From: Acidimicrobiia bacterium
Lineage (GTDB): Bacteria; Actinomycetota; Acidimicrobiia; Spongiisociales; ZC4RG35
Direction: 5' to 3'
DNA: 64,000 nt
Assembly (NCBI GenBank): GCA_013812505.1
Contig: JACCTH010000036.1
Coordinates: 39,957 to 103,956 of the forward strand
In this document: one piece after another, positions 37,613-46,906 of the stretch
How positions within the stretch are numbered: the first letter of the stretch is position 1
How the letters are laid out: each line of letters opens with the position of its first letter
Notes under the pieces: model-generated
What the model saw: the letters and a program-made list of their open reading frames with translations, nothing else
What the model was told of the DNA's origin: nothing
The model's database searches: none
Translations under genes and position numbers: made by a program

Positions 37613-37656
37613 CTAAGGCGATTTTGGTGGCTATGCAACCACCCAAACCTTAGGTT
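37610..37656. repeat. 47-nt palindromic element, family B copy 2
   Basis: ttcctaaggcgattttggtggctatgcaaccacccaaaccttaggtt. Differs from copy 1 at about 5 positions. Confidence 0.85.
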
Positions 37657-37701
37657 CGGGTTTGGTCACGCCGCGGAACGTTGAGTTTCTAGCCTGGGCC
37701 G

Positions 37702-38847
37702 GTGAGCGTCGGTGAACTACTCGAGCAGATCGCTGAGGTCGGGCTCGATCCGGAAACTCGCGGCTACCACCGGTTCTCCTACTCCGGCGCCGACGTGCAG
37801 ATGCGCGATTGGTTCGTTCGACAGGCTCTCGCCCGCGGGTTCCGCACCGAGACCGACCGCAACGGCAACCTCTGGGCTACGCGAGGAGATGGTCCCTACC
37901 TTGTCACCGGGAGCCACCTCGACTCGGTGCCGAACGGTGGAGCCTACGACGGACCATTGGGTATCGCTACCGCGTTTGCCGCCTTAGACCTGGTCGACCA
38001 ACAACGCGACGTGGCGGTGGTCGCGTTTGCCGAAGAGGAAGGATCTCGTTTTGGCGTCGCCTGTCTCGGTTCCCGACTCGCCACCGGTGCGATCGATCCG
38101 GAGCAGGCCCGCCGATTCGAGGATCGCAACGGGGTGTCGCTCGAAGATACTCTGGGCGCGGTCGGGATCGATGCGGGAGAGCTAGGACCTGACCCCGAGC
38201 GCTTGGACCGGATCGAGTCCTTCATCGAGGTGCATATCGAGCAGGGCCGTGGCCTTGCGGACGTTGATTCGCCGCTGGCGGTGGCGGCTTCGATCTGGCC
38301 CCACGGCCGCTGGCGGCTCGATTTCAATGGTCGTCCCGATCATGCCGGGACCACGCGAATGGACGACCGGCAAGATCCGATGGTTGCATTCGCCGGCATG
38401 GTGCTCCGATTGACCGAGCAGGCCCAAGCCCTGGCCGCACGGGCAACTTTCGGCCGCGTTCATGTGACGCCGAACGCGACCAATGCCATCCCCTCGCGGG
38501 TGAGTGCCTGGCTCGACGCCCGCGCCGCCACCGATGAGGACCTCATCGTTCTGATCGATTCGGTTTCTGCCAGGAACGGCGTCGAAATGTCGGCCGAATC
38601 GCTGACCGCGGCCGTGACGTTCGATCCGAATCTCCGTGACCGAATCTCCGCACTCTTGGGCGGCCCCCCATTGCTGTCCACTGCCGCCGGGCACGACGCC
38701 GGGATCCTCTCCACTTATGGCATCCCCACGGCGATGATCTTTGTCCGCAACCCGACGGGGGTGTCCCACTCGCCCGACGAGTATGCGAGTCCCGAGGATT
38801 GCGACGCGGGAGTGGAAGCTCTCGCCAAGCTGCTCAACGAGTTGTGA
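37702..38847 (+). CDS. M20-family amidohydrolase (allantoate amidohydrolase / N-carbamoyl-L-amino-acid hydrolase type)
   Basis: GTG start. Motifs GSHLDSVPNGGAYDGPLG and EEEGSRFG. Confidence 0.75.
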   Translation: MSVGELLEQIAEVGLDPETRGYHRFSYSGADVQMRDWFVRQALARGFRTETDRNGNLWATRGDGPYLVTGSHLDSVPNGGAYDGPLGIATAFAALDLVDQQRDVAVVAFAEEEGSRFGVACLGSRLATGAIDPEQARRFEDRNGVSLEDTLGAVGIDAGELGPDPERLDRIESFIEVHIEQGRGLADVDSPLAVAASIWPHGRWRLDFNGRPDHAGTTRMDDRQDPMVAFAGMVLRLTEQAQALAARATFGRVHVTPNATNAIPSRVSAWLDARAATDEDLIVLIDSVSARNGVEMSAESLTAAVTFDPNLRDRISALLGGPPLLSTAAGHDAGILSTYGIPTAMIFVRNPTGVSHSPDEYASPEDCDAGVEALAKLLNEL

Positions 38848-40148
38848 GCCATTTCTGGTGTGAAGCTGCCTGGATCGGCGGCGCCATCAGCGAAAAAGTG
38901 CTGATCGAATGCGACGAGGCGGGGACCATCGCCGCGATCGAAAATATCGCGGTTTGTCCGCCATTCGCGACGGCCGTTCCCGGTTTGACTTTCCCCGGCT
39001 TCGCTAATACCCACTCGCACGCTTTTCATCGCGCCCTCCGGGGACGCGTGACTCAAGACTCATTTTGGAGATGGCGCGATGCCATGTACGAGTTAGCCGC
39101 CAGACTCGATCCCGAGAGTTACCTGCAACTCGCAACCGCCGTGTTCGCCGAGATGGCGCTCGCCGGGTTCACAGTCGTCGGCGAGTTCCACTACCTGCAT
39201 CATCAGGCCGGAGGTCGTCCGTACGACGACCCCAACGCCATGGGTAATGCCCTGACCGGGGCTGCGAAGGCCGCAGGCATAAGACTGACGTTGCTCGACA
39301 CCTGCTATCTCCAGGGCGGACTCGGAAAGGAGCTCTCGCCACCGCAACGACGATTCGCCGACGCCGACGTTGACGACTGGGCGAGACGCCGAGCCTTGCT
39401 CAAAGGGTACGCACGGGGGCAGATCGGAGCGGCGATCCACTCGGTCCGGGCAGTGCCTCGGGAGGCGATGTCCGAAATCGCGGCCGCGGGTCGAGGAGGC
39501 CCGCTCCACATCCATCTCTCCGAGCAACCGGCCGAGAATCAGCAGACTCTTGCAGCACATGGGATGAGCCCAACCGCGCTCTTGGCCAAAGAAGGGGTCT
39601 TGAGCGAAGACCTCACCGCGGTCCATGCCATCCATCTCGAGGCAGAGGACATCGCGCTGTTGTCCTCGAGTGGAGCAACAGTTTGCGCCTGTCCAACGAC
39701 CGAAGCCGACCTCGGCGATGGCATTGGGCCCTTCGCCGAGCTTCACCGCCAAAAGGTCTCCTTGACGATCGGGACCGACCAACACGTCTTCATCGACCCG
39801 TTCCTCGAGATCCAGCGGCTGGAGATGGATCAACGTCTGTTGACCAGGCAGCGGTCGGTGTTCAACGTCCGCGAGCAGATCGACGCCTTGACCCAGCATG
39901 GCTACCGGGCGCTCGGGTGGACGAACGGCGGCCTCCTCGAGGTCGGCGCTCTTTGCGACCTCACCTCGATGAAGAACGACTCGGTACGGACCGCGGGCGT
40001 TCCCTTAGCCGAGAAAGCGTCTGTGGCCTCGGCAGTCGACGTCGAAACGGTGGTCGTCGGCGGCCGGGTCGTCGTTGCCAGTGGTCAACACGTTTTGGGA
40101 GAGATCCCGGCGTTGCTCAGGGAGGCAATCGATCCGCTATGGGGATAG
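38844..40148 (+). CDS. hutF: formimidoylglutamate deiminase
   Basis: GTG 38844 overlaps the preceding TGA. Amidohydrolase-fold metal motif PGFANTHSHAFHRALRG. The length (434 aa) and body resemble HutF. Confidence 0.7.
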   Translation: MSHFWCEAAWIGGAISEKVLIECDEAGTIAAIENIAVCPPFATAVPGLTFPGFANTHSHAFHRALRGRVTQDSFWRWRDAMYELAARLDPESYLQLATAVFAEMALAGFTVVGEFHYLHHQAGGRPYDDPNAMGNALTGAAKAAGIRLTLLDTCYLQGGLGKELSPPQRRFADADVDDWARRRALLKGYARGQIGAAIHSVRAVPREAMSEIAAAGRGGPLHIHLSEQPAENQQTLAAHGMSPTALLAKEGVLSEDLTAVHAIHLEAEDIALLSSSGATVCACPTTEADLGDGIGPFAELHRQKVSLTIGTDQHVFIDPFLEIQRLEMDQRLLTRQRSVFNVREQIDALTQHGYRALGWTNGGLLEVGALCDLTSMKNDSVRTAGVPLAEKASVASAVDVETVVVGGRVVVASGQHVLGEIPALLREAIDPLWG

Positions 40149-41232
40149 CGGCGGAGGCGACTGCCCGGGCTCGGGCCGAGGTTCTGGCGAGAAGTTGTTC
40201 GAGGGGTCCCCGACCCACGAATTGCGCCCAAATCCAGCCGGCGACGAAGGCGACGAGAACATGAACGACGAGCAGCCGCGGCCGTTCTTCGATGCCCGCC
40301 CGCGTCGCCAGCGCGAGTACGTGAATCGTGTAAAGGCTCAGGGTCATTGCCCCGACCGCGGCCAACCAACCCAAGACCCGAACGATCAGCAGTGCCCCTC
40401 CCACCACAAACAAGGAAGTGCCAATCGTGTGAAGGAGATCCAGCGGCGTCGCAGAGTGAGGCGTGGCCACCGCGAGATAGAGGACAGAATCGGTCGGAGT
40501 CACTCCAAAGAATTGGATAGGAAGGTCGCCGAGTCGATTGCCCACGAGCAGGTTGGAGACGACGGGGCTGACGATGGCCAGCGCTCCGCCCGCGAGGGCA
40601 AGTCGTCGCGCCACCTTGCTCGAGGTGAGATCGAGACGCCCCACCGCCAACCCCGTCCAGATATAGCCCAGCCAGGGGATCACCGGGTAATAGCCCGTCA
40701 GCAAGAGTTCCCTTAACAATGTGATCGGTTGGAGGAGGGCGGTGAAGTTCGGCTGCAGAAACGTCGTCTCCGGCAACACCGTGCGGGCGAAGTGACTGGC
40801 AACCGGCACGACCACCACCCAGATCGCGGCCACCCATAACAGGCGGCGGATGCTCCACCCGAGGCCGATCGTCGATAAGAGGAATAGGAGGGCATAGTTG
40901 ACGAGAATGATCGCCACTCCGGAGTCGAGCTCACCGAGGATCAACCCGATCAAAGCAAGGATTGGGACCCGGGCAAGGACTCCGACGCGAGCCGCCCGCA
41001 GCGCCGTCCCATGCGGTGGATTCTGACGTCCGTTAGCGAGCGCCAGACCAATGCCGGCCACCACGGCAAAGAGCGCTGAGGCGCGGCCGGAAGCAAGCAG
41101 GTAGGCCAAAGACGTCGACTCGTCGGCGTCGCGCGAGGGGAGAATATGAACCGCCATCATCCCGATCAGGGCTAGGCCCCTCGCCGAGTCGATCCCGTAG
41201 AGACGGGTTCCGGCCAGCGACGATGTGGTCAC
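40117..41232 (-). CDS. polytopic membrane protein, DUF1624/DUF418 (acyltransferase-like) family
   Basis: GTG start. The N-terminal motif RLYGIDSARGLALIGMMAVH is typical of the family. 3' end overlaps hutF by 32 nt (convergent). Confidence 0.55.
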   Translation of the reverse strand: MTTSSLAGTRLYGIDSARGLALIGMMAVHILPSRDADESTSLAYLLASGRASALFAVVAGIGLALANGRQNPPHGTALRAARVGVLARVPILALIGLILGELDSGVAIILVNYALLFLLSTIGLGWSIRRLLWVAAIWVVVVPVASHFARTVLPETTFLQPNFTALLQPITLLRELLLTGYYPVIPWLGYIWTGLAVGRLDLTSSKVARRLALAGGALAIVSPVVSNLLVGNRLGDLPIQFFGVTPTDSVLYLAVATPHSATPLDLLHTIGTSLFVVGGALLIVRVLGWLAAVGAMTLSLYTIHVLALATRAGIEERPRLLVVHVLVAFVAGWIWAQFVGRGPLEQLLARTSARARAVASAAIPIADRLPP

Positions 41233-41264
41233 TAAGTGAGGCTACCGGGCTAGGGTTTTCGTTC

Positions 41265-42794
41265 ATGACCTCTGGGAAAAGGGGGATTCTGCTCGCCCTG
41301 ATCGCCTTGCTCGCCACCCTGAGTGGCGGTAGCCAGCCAGCTGGTGCCGAGCCCGGTGTGGCCGTCGCGACCGACCGGATCCTGGCGGGTGTATATGCGC
41401 CGCAGCAGTGGTTTTCCGCCGACCACATCCTCGCTCTCAACGCGGCGTCGGGGAAAAACGTCTCGATCGGAGGTCTCTGGTTCGACGTCGATGAGCCCCC
41501 GGCCAACGTCCATTACATGCTCGACGAGATTTGGTCGGCCGGCGCCACGCCATTTGTCAACATTCACGTGGCAGTGACGGCGGCGGAGGTAGCCGCCGGG
41601 GCGGTGGACGATCACATCTCAGCCATGGCCTCGGCGGTGGACGCCTGGTTGGCCAAGGGAGGTGGCCGGTCGGTGATGCTGGCGCCGATGCCGGAGATGA
41701 ATGGGGATTGGATTCCCTACGGGATGACTCCGACTGACTTCATCGCCGCGTATCGCCATTTCGTCTCGGTGGCATCGCAATCGGGCGCCACCTTCTGGCG
41801 TGTTCGCTGGGTCTTCGCCCCCAATGGGTGGTCGGCTCCTCCCTATCACATGGCCGATTACTACCCCGGCGCCGATGTTGTCGACCTCGTCGGGATGTCC
41901 GCCTACAACTGGGGATCAGCTCAGGTTGGGGCTTACTGGACGACGGTCGAGCAAACCATGGGCGGCGCCCTCGACGAGGCCCGTGGCTTCGCTCCCGAGA
42001 AGCCTTTCTTGGTTTCGCAAACGGCCAGCTCTCCGTTTGGTGGCGACAAGGATGCCTGGATCAGAGATTTGTTCGCCTATCTGGCGGATGATCCCAACGC
42101 CGTCGGCTTCATCTACTTCAACATAGAAAAGGAACACGATTGGTCGATGTTCAAGGGAGGACTGGTGGCTCCGGGCTGGCGGGATGGGATGAATTTCGAA
42201 ACGACGGTCTACCAGTGGCCGCTCGACGATTGGTTCCAGCCCGGGATGCTGACGGTCGACACCTACTTAACTCCCTTCGACGGCACCTTCTCCGACGACG
42301 ACTCCTCGGCCTTCGAGGAGGACATCGAATGGCTCTACTCGAGCGGGATCACGACGGGTTGCGCGGCTACCTTGTACTGCCCGGCGAGCCCGGTTACGCG
42401 GGGCCAGATGGCCACTTTCCTGTCGAGGGCCCGCGGGCTCCCACCTCCCACGGCCGACTATTTCGCCGACGATGCCGGTTCGCCCTACGAGTCGAGTGAC
42501 AATCAGGTCAAGGAAGCCGGGATATCCAACGGCTGCTCAGCCACCGCTTTCTGTCCTAACGCTCCCACGACGCGTGAGCAGATGGCTTCGTTCCTGGTCC
42601 GCGCGCTGCAGCTCCCCGCCTCCACCTTCGACTACTTCGGCGACGACGAAGGGTCGATCCATGAGGCCGATATCAACGCGCTCGCCCAGGCGGGGATCAC
42701 CAGCGGCTGCACGGCAACGACCTACTGCCCCGGTGCCTCCGTTACGCGCGAACAGATGGCGGCCTTCCTCCATCGAGCCCTAGCCCCGACCTAG
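41265..42794 (+). CDS. secreted GH26-like glycoside hydrolase with three C-terminal SLH-like repeats
   Basis: Signal peptide ILLALIALLATLSGGSQPAGA. Catalytic-domain pattern WVFAPNGW...YYPGADVVDLVGMSAYNWG. Three copies of about 55 aa of F.DD.GS..E.DI..L...GIT.GC....YCP...VTR.QMA.FL.RAL. Confidence 0.5.
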   Translation: MTSGKRGILLALIALLATLSGGSQPAGAEPGVAVATDRILAGVYAPQQWFSADHILALNAASGKNVSIGGLWFDVDEPPANVHYMLDEIWSAGATPFVNIHVAVTAAEVAAGAVDDHISAMASAVDAWLAKGGGRSVMLAPMPEMNGDWIPYGMTPTDFIAAYRHFVSVASQSGATFWRVRWVFAPNGWSAPPYHMADYYPGADVVDLVGMSAYNWGSAQVGAYWTTVEQTMGGALDEARGFAPEKPFLVSQTASSPFGGDKDAWIRDLFAYLADDPNAVGFIYFNIEKEHDWSMFKGGLVAPGWRDGMNFETTVYQWPLDDWFQPGMLTVDTYLTPFDGTFSDDDSSAFEEDIEWLYSSGITTGCAATLYCPASPVTRGQMATFLSRARGLPPPTADYFADDAGSPYESSDNQVKEAGISNGCSATAFCPNAPTTREQMASFLVRALQLPASTFDYFGDDEGSIHEADINALAQAGITSGCTATTYCPGASVTREQMAAFLHRALAPT

Positions 42795-42816
42795 TTCGTC
42801 CATTCTGTGGGCTTGG

Positions 42817-42860
42817 GACGTTGTTGTACAACGCTGCGAACCCAGGGTTCGCAGATTTTA
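42817..42860. repeat. family C palindromic element, copy 2
   Basis: gacgttgttgtacaacgctgcgaacccagggttcgcagatttta. Contains the perfect 21-nt palindrome ctgcgaaccc-a-gggttcgcag. Lies between convergent stops at 42794 and 42858. Confidence 0.85.
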
Positions 42861-44072
42861 GGAGGCGTAGATCTGGAGATCGGTCCCGACGCGGTCGGCC
42901 AGCTCGGTGCAGACACGGAGATCCGGATGGCGGACGACGACCATGCCGTCCCCGATTAGTTGCTGCTTCCAGTTGCGCCGGGAAGCCCCGATCGGGTTGA
43001 GCTCGGTGGCGACAATCCAGGGCTCCAACTCCGCTAGCAACCGGTCGAGGCCCTCGTAGCGTTGGATGTGGCCCTGGCCGATCGCCCGTTTGAAGACCGT
43101 CACAGCATTGAACTTGCGATCCAAAGGCTCGCTCAGCTGGCCGTGGACGGTCGCCTCCGCCCAGCAGCGGAAAAGATCGACGTCAGAAGCGAAGTTCATG
43201 GCGTCGACAGTGCGGCCGCCCGGGGGGCGCGCTCCGATCTCGCCAAACACAGCTTCCCCGTCCGACTTGAGGTACCACTCCATATGTGTGAAGCCGTCGC
43301 GAAAGTTCATGGCCTTAAGCACCTGGACTCCCATCTGCTTGCCACTGGCGAGCTCGGCTACATCCGGATTGCGCAGCGCGAGCGTCTGCTGGCTGACCCA
43401 CTCATTGGTTTTCCCGAGCAGTGGCCGGGGGCGGTACCAGCAGATGTTGTAGAAGAGGACGTTGCCGTTGGCACAAATGGTGTCGAAGGTGAACTCCTCG
43501 CCGTCGACGAACTCCTCGATGCTCACCTCCTCGATGTGGCGAAGGGAAGGAGCGATTGCCTCGACGTCGGACGGGCCATCGACTCGGTGGGTGTCGATGG
43601 ACCCTGCTCCGGAGATCGGCTTGATGATCGCCGGATAGCCGACCTTCTCAAGCGCATCCCAAATACCTCCCATGGTTTTGGCTGAGTAATGGTGCGGCGT
43701 CCTGATCCCAGCGCTGTCGAGAACTTGCTTCATCGCCTCTTTGTCGCGGAAGGGAATGGTTTCGAGCTGCGTCATGCCGGCGATCCCGAGCGCCTCTCGC
43801 ACTTGCGCGGCGAGGATCATCAACGGCTCCCACAGCGATTCGACTCGGTCGATCCGGACTTGTCGGGAAATAGCCGCGGCCGTTTCGATGACCGACTCCG
43901 GCCGGGAAAAGCTCACTTGGTAGTAGGCGGACAACGCCATCCGCGCCTTTGGCGGCACCGCTCCTTCAGCTTGATCTCCGAGTCCGATCACATTGGCCCC
44001 CACCTCGGCCAAGCCGCGCACGAAATCGGTCATCTCCGTAGGGAACCCCGGCGAGAGAAAGAGGATGTTCAT
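42858..44072 (-). CDS. ATP-grasp ligase, paralog A (404 aa)
   Basis: Start at ATG 44072 (MNILFLSPGFP), by analogy with the paralogs. Motifs GYPAIIKP, EEFVDGEEFTFD, HMEWY and GEIGARPPGG are typical of the ATP-grasp fold. The 18 extra codons in the track ORF read through the heptad array. Confidence 0.75.
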   Translation of the reverse strand: MNILFLSPGFPTEMTDFVRGLAEVGANVIGLGDQAEGAVPPKARMALSAYYQVSFSRPESVIETAAAISRQVRIDRVESLWEPLMILAAQVREALGIAGMTQLETIPFRDKEAMKQVLDSAGIRTPHHYSAKTMGGIWDALEKVGYPAIIKPISGAGSIDTHRVDGPSDVEAIAPSLRHIEEVSIEEFVDGEEFTFDTICANGNVLFYNICWYRPRPLLGKTNEWVSQQTLALRNPDVAELASGKQMGVQVLKAMNFRDGFTHMEWYLKSDGEAVFGEIGARPPGGRTVDAMNFASDVDLFRCWAEATVHGQLSEPLDRKFNAVTVFKRAIGQGHIQRYEGLDRLLAELEPWIVATELNPIGASRRNWKQQLIGDGMVVVRHPDLRVCTELADRVGTDLQIYAS

Positions 44073-44079
44073 GGGGGAA

Positions 44080-44164
44080 GATGCGAGATGCCAGATGCCA
44101 GATGCCAGATCGATTCTGTGCCGCAAGGGATCTGGAATCTGATATCTGGAATCTGGAATCTCAT
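44080..44164. repeat. inverted repeat built from tandem 7-bp units (heptad array 2)
   Basis: gatgcga gatgcca gatgcca gatgcca gatcgat - 15-nt spacer - atctgga atctgat atctgga atctgga atctcat. The CCAGAT units on the left are complementary to the ATCTGG units on the right. Fills the 88-bp gap between ATP-grasp B (stop 44161) and ATP-grasp A (start 44072). Confidence 0.9.
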
Positions 44165-45381
44165 CCGAGTGCCACTTTCACGTTCGCAACAATTGCTCTG
44201 ATCGCTTCTTCAACCCGAGCCGTCTCCGGGTGACGGACGATCACATAGCCCTCGCCCTCGTAGTGGCCGGTGGGTGACTGGCCTGTCTCGGGAAGTTTGA
44301 TCTCGACGACCATCCCGGCTGCCGTCTCCTGCGCTTTCTCCAAGCCGCTGATGCCGACCACCTGACCTTTGCCCTGCCCTCGCAGATATGCGGCACCGAC
44401 CGCGTACTGCCGCGGCGGCGGGTCGAACTCCTGATAAATCATCAGCTTCGCCCAGTCCCGGTAGAGGTCAAAGTCATGCGCATAGGAGATCAAGGTCGAG
44501 AACTGCGCGCCGGGTGGACGTACCGCCGCCTCCGAGATCGCGATGGAGCCGTCCGGCCGGCGAAACCACTCCATGTGGACCAAGCCGGTTTGCAAACCGA
44601 GGGCGGTGATGGCCGCTGGCCCCGCCTCGCTGATCTGGGCGTACTCGGGCCCGGAGATGTCCCGTGGCAGCACCACCGACCATTGGATCCAGGCGTTTTC
44701 CATCACCTGGAGCGGGGTTGGGTAGTAATTGGAGATGTTCCACCAAACCGGTTGGCCCTTGACAAAGACGCAGTCAAACGCGTGCTCGTCGCCGGTCACA
44801 AATTCCTCGAGCAGCGTCGGATTCTCCATCGAAGGAGGTGACCAGCGCAGCCACGACTCGACCTGGCCGGGCTCGTTGAGCCGGAAGGTATTGCGGGTGC
44901 CCGAACCTGAGGGCGGTTTTGCAACTACCGGCAGGCCGATGGCGTTGATGAACTCCCAGGCGGCGTCGGTCGAGCCGACCAGCCGATGGCGCGCGCAGGG
45001 GAGTCCATGCGCGGACAGGACCTTCTTCATGCGGTCTTTGTCTCGGAAGTTGCGCGCCGTCTCGACATCCACTCCGTCGACCGAAAGCGCCACCCGCACT
45101 TGTGCCATTGGCACCTGCAGCTCTTCCAGCGGACCGAGGATCCGATCGACTCCGCCGAGTTGGCCGGCAATCGCGGTTACCGCCTTGTGGAGCTGGTCAG
45201 GGTCGAGGGCATTCTCCACTTGGTAGTGGGCTGCAAGGTGAGGACGCACCTCGTTCGGGATCTTCTGGGCCGGATCGGCGCTCACCAGGCCCAGCACTAC
45301 TCCCGGCGTGGTGGCGGCGGCAGCGATGAAGCGTGAGGTCGTGGGGAGGAAATAAGGAGCAACGAACACGACCGCCGGCAC
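44161..45381 (-). CDS. ATP-grasp ligase, paralog B (about 406 aa)
   Basis: Start proposed at GTG 45381 (MPAVVFVAPYFLP), which aligns with the paralog N-termini. Motifs GLPVVAKP, EEFVTGDEHAFD, HMEWF, EAAVRPPGA. Confidence 0.75.
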   Translation of the reverse strand: MPAVVFVAPYFLPTTSRFIAAAATTPGVVLGLVSADPAQKIPNEVRPHLAAHYQVENALDPDQLHKAVTAIAGQLGGVDRILGPLEELQVPMAQVRVALSVDGVDVETARNFRDKDRMKKVLSAHGLPCARHRLVGSTDAAWEFINAIGLPVVAKPPSGSGTRNTFRLNEPGQVESWLRWSPPSMENPTLLEEFVTGDEHAFDCVFVKGQPVWWNISNYYPTPLQVMENAWIQWSVVLPRDISGPEYAQISEAGPAAITALGLQTGLVHMEWFRRPDGSIAISEAAVRPPGAQFSTLISYAHDFDLYRDWAKLMIYQEFDPPPRQYAVGAAYLRGQGKGQVVGISGLEKAQETAAGMVVEIKLPETGQSPTGHYEGEGYVIVRHPETARVEEAIRAIVANVKVALG

Positions 45382-45469
45382 AGCGGCACGGTAGTCGCAG
45401 CCTTCGAACCATGTCTTGGAAGCAATCACAGTGCCCGCCGTGACAGAATCAGCCAAAAGGATCAAGCCA

Positions 45470-46906
45470 ATGAAAGTGCTGTTCGTCTCCGCAGAGGTAG
45501 CGCCCTATTCGAAGACGGGCGGCTTGGGCGATGTGGCGTCAGCCCTCCCCGGGGCTCTCGAACGAATGGGTCATGAGCTCACCGTCGTGAGCCCGATGTA
45601 TCGCCGGGTCAGCGACGGCGCGCACCGTCTGCATGATGTTTATCCCGAGATCCCGATTCCTGCCATCGGGGCACGATTCGACGCCATCCTGGCCGACGAC
45701 GGTCGCAATTGGTTCGTCGACTATCCGCCTTACTTTGGCCGCGAGGGGATCTATCGAAACGATGGCGACGAGCACAGTCGCTTCCTGCTCCTTACCCACG
45801 CTGCCCTCGAGCTGTGCCGCAGGCGGGGATGGTCCCCTGACATCGTTCACGTCAATGACTGGCACACCGGCTTCATGCCGCTCTTTCTGCGCAGCATCTA
45901 TGGCTCGGACCCCCTCTTCGCCCGAGCGCAATCGGTCTTCACGATTCACAACCTCGGCTACCAGGGCGTCTTCGGTTCCCACATTGTTGACGACCTCGCC
46001 CTCGGCTCGAGCAGGTATTTGCTCCACCAGGAGCATCTGCGTGCCGGCCGGGTGAGCTTTATGGAGCACGCCCTCATCTATTCGGACGCCATCACCACGG
46101 TCTCACCGACTTACGCCTACGAGATCCAAACCCCCGAGCACGGATTCGGGCTCGACGCGATGCTGCGTCATCGATCCCGAGACGTCTTTGGAATCCTCAA
46201 CGGCATCGACCCCGAGGTCTGGAACCCCAGCTCCGATCCTTATCTCCCCTCTCCTTACTCCGCATCCGAGCTCGAAGGCAAGCACGCCAACAAGGCTGCC
46301 CTCTTGGCCCGAGCCAGGATCGACCCCGATCAGGGCTTTTTGACGGTGGGGATTGTCACCCGGCTCTCGGCCCAAAAAGGGATCGAGATTGCCCTGCGCC
46401 CCCTGGCCCGGAGGCTCGACGCCGGACATATCCGCTTGGTGGTCCTGGGCTCCGGCGAACGGCGCTACGAGGAGGCATTTGGCTGGCTGGCGGCGGCTTT
46501 TCCCGGCCGCGCCCATTTCCAGAACGGGTACGACGAGAGCATGGCTCACCTCATCGAAGGCGGCGCCGATGTATTCCTGATGCCCTCCCTCTATGAGCCG
46601 AGCGGTCTCAACCAGATGTACAGCTTGGCGTATGGGACGCCACCGATCGTGCGCCGGACGGGAGGGCTGGCCGATTCGGTCACTCACTACGATCCCGCCC
46701 GCGGGGAAGGGACGGGCTTCGTCTTCGATCATTACTCCGAAGGGGGCGTCGGTTGGGCGCTTGATCAGGCCCTCACCCTGTTTCAGAACAAAGCCCAGTG
46801 GCAAATACTGCAACGCAATGGAATGGCCGAAGACAACTCTTGGGAGCGGCGGGCCCTCGAGTATGACCGTATCTATCGCCGGGTAACGGGAGAGGAACAG
46901 CCGTGA
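45470..46906 (+). CDS. glgA: glycogen/starch synthase (GT5, ADP-glucose type)
   Basis: MKVLFVSAEVAPYSKTGGLGDV (KTGGL motif), NDWHTG, PSLYEPSGLNQMY, 478 aa. Start at ATG 45470 with aaaagg upstream. Confidence 0.9.
   Translation: MKVLFVSAEVAPYSKTGGLGDVASALPGALERMGHELTVVSPMYRRVSDGAHRLHDVYPEIPIPAIGARFDAILADDGRNWFVDYPPYFGREGIYRNDGDEHSRFLLLTHAALELCRRRGWSPDIVHVNDWHTGFMPLFLRSIYGSDPLFARAQSVFTIHNLGYQGVFGSHIVDDLALGSSRYLLHQEHLRAGRVSFMEHALIYSDAITTVSPTYAYEIQTPEHGFGLDAMLRHRSRDVFGILNGIDPEVWNPSSDPYLPSPYSASELEGKHANKAALLARARIDPDQGFLTVGIVTRLSAQKGIEIALRPLARRLDAGHIRLVVLGSGERRYEEAFGWLAAAFPGRAHFQNGYDESMAHLIEGGADVFLMPSLYEPSGLNQMYSLAYGTPPIVRRTGGLADSVTHYDPARGEGTGFVFDHYSEGGVGWALDQALTLFQNKAQWQILQRNGMAEDNSWERRALEYDRIYRRVTGEEQP

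Noticed and set aside
37453-37638. 61-aa ORF upstream of vapC as the antitoxin
   Set aside because: It is in the wrong frame. The AbrB/SpoVT-like sequence (AQIRDSLGILPGEILDF...) and the ATGTGA coupling to vapC are in another frame that lacks a start codon.
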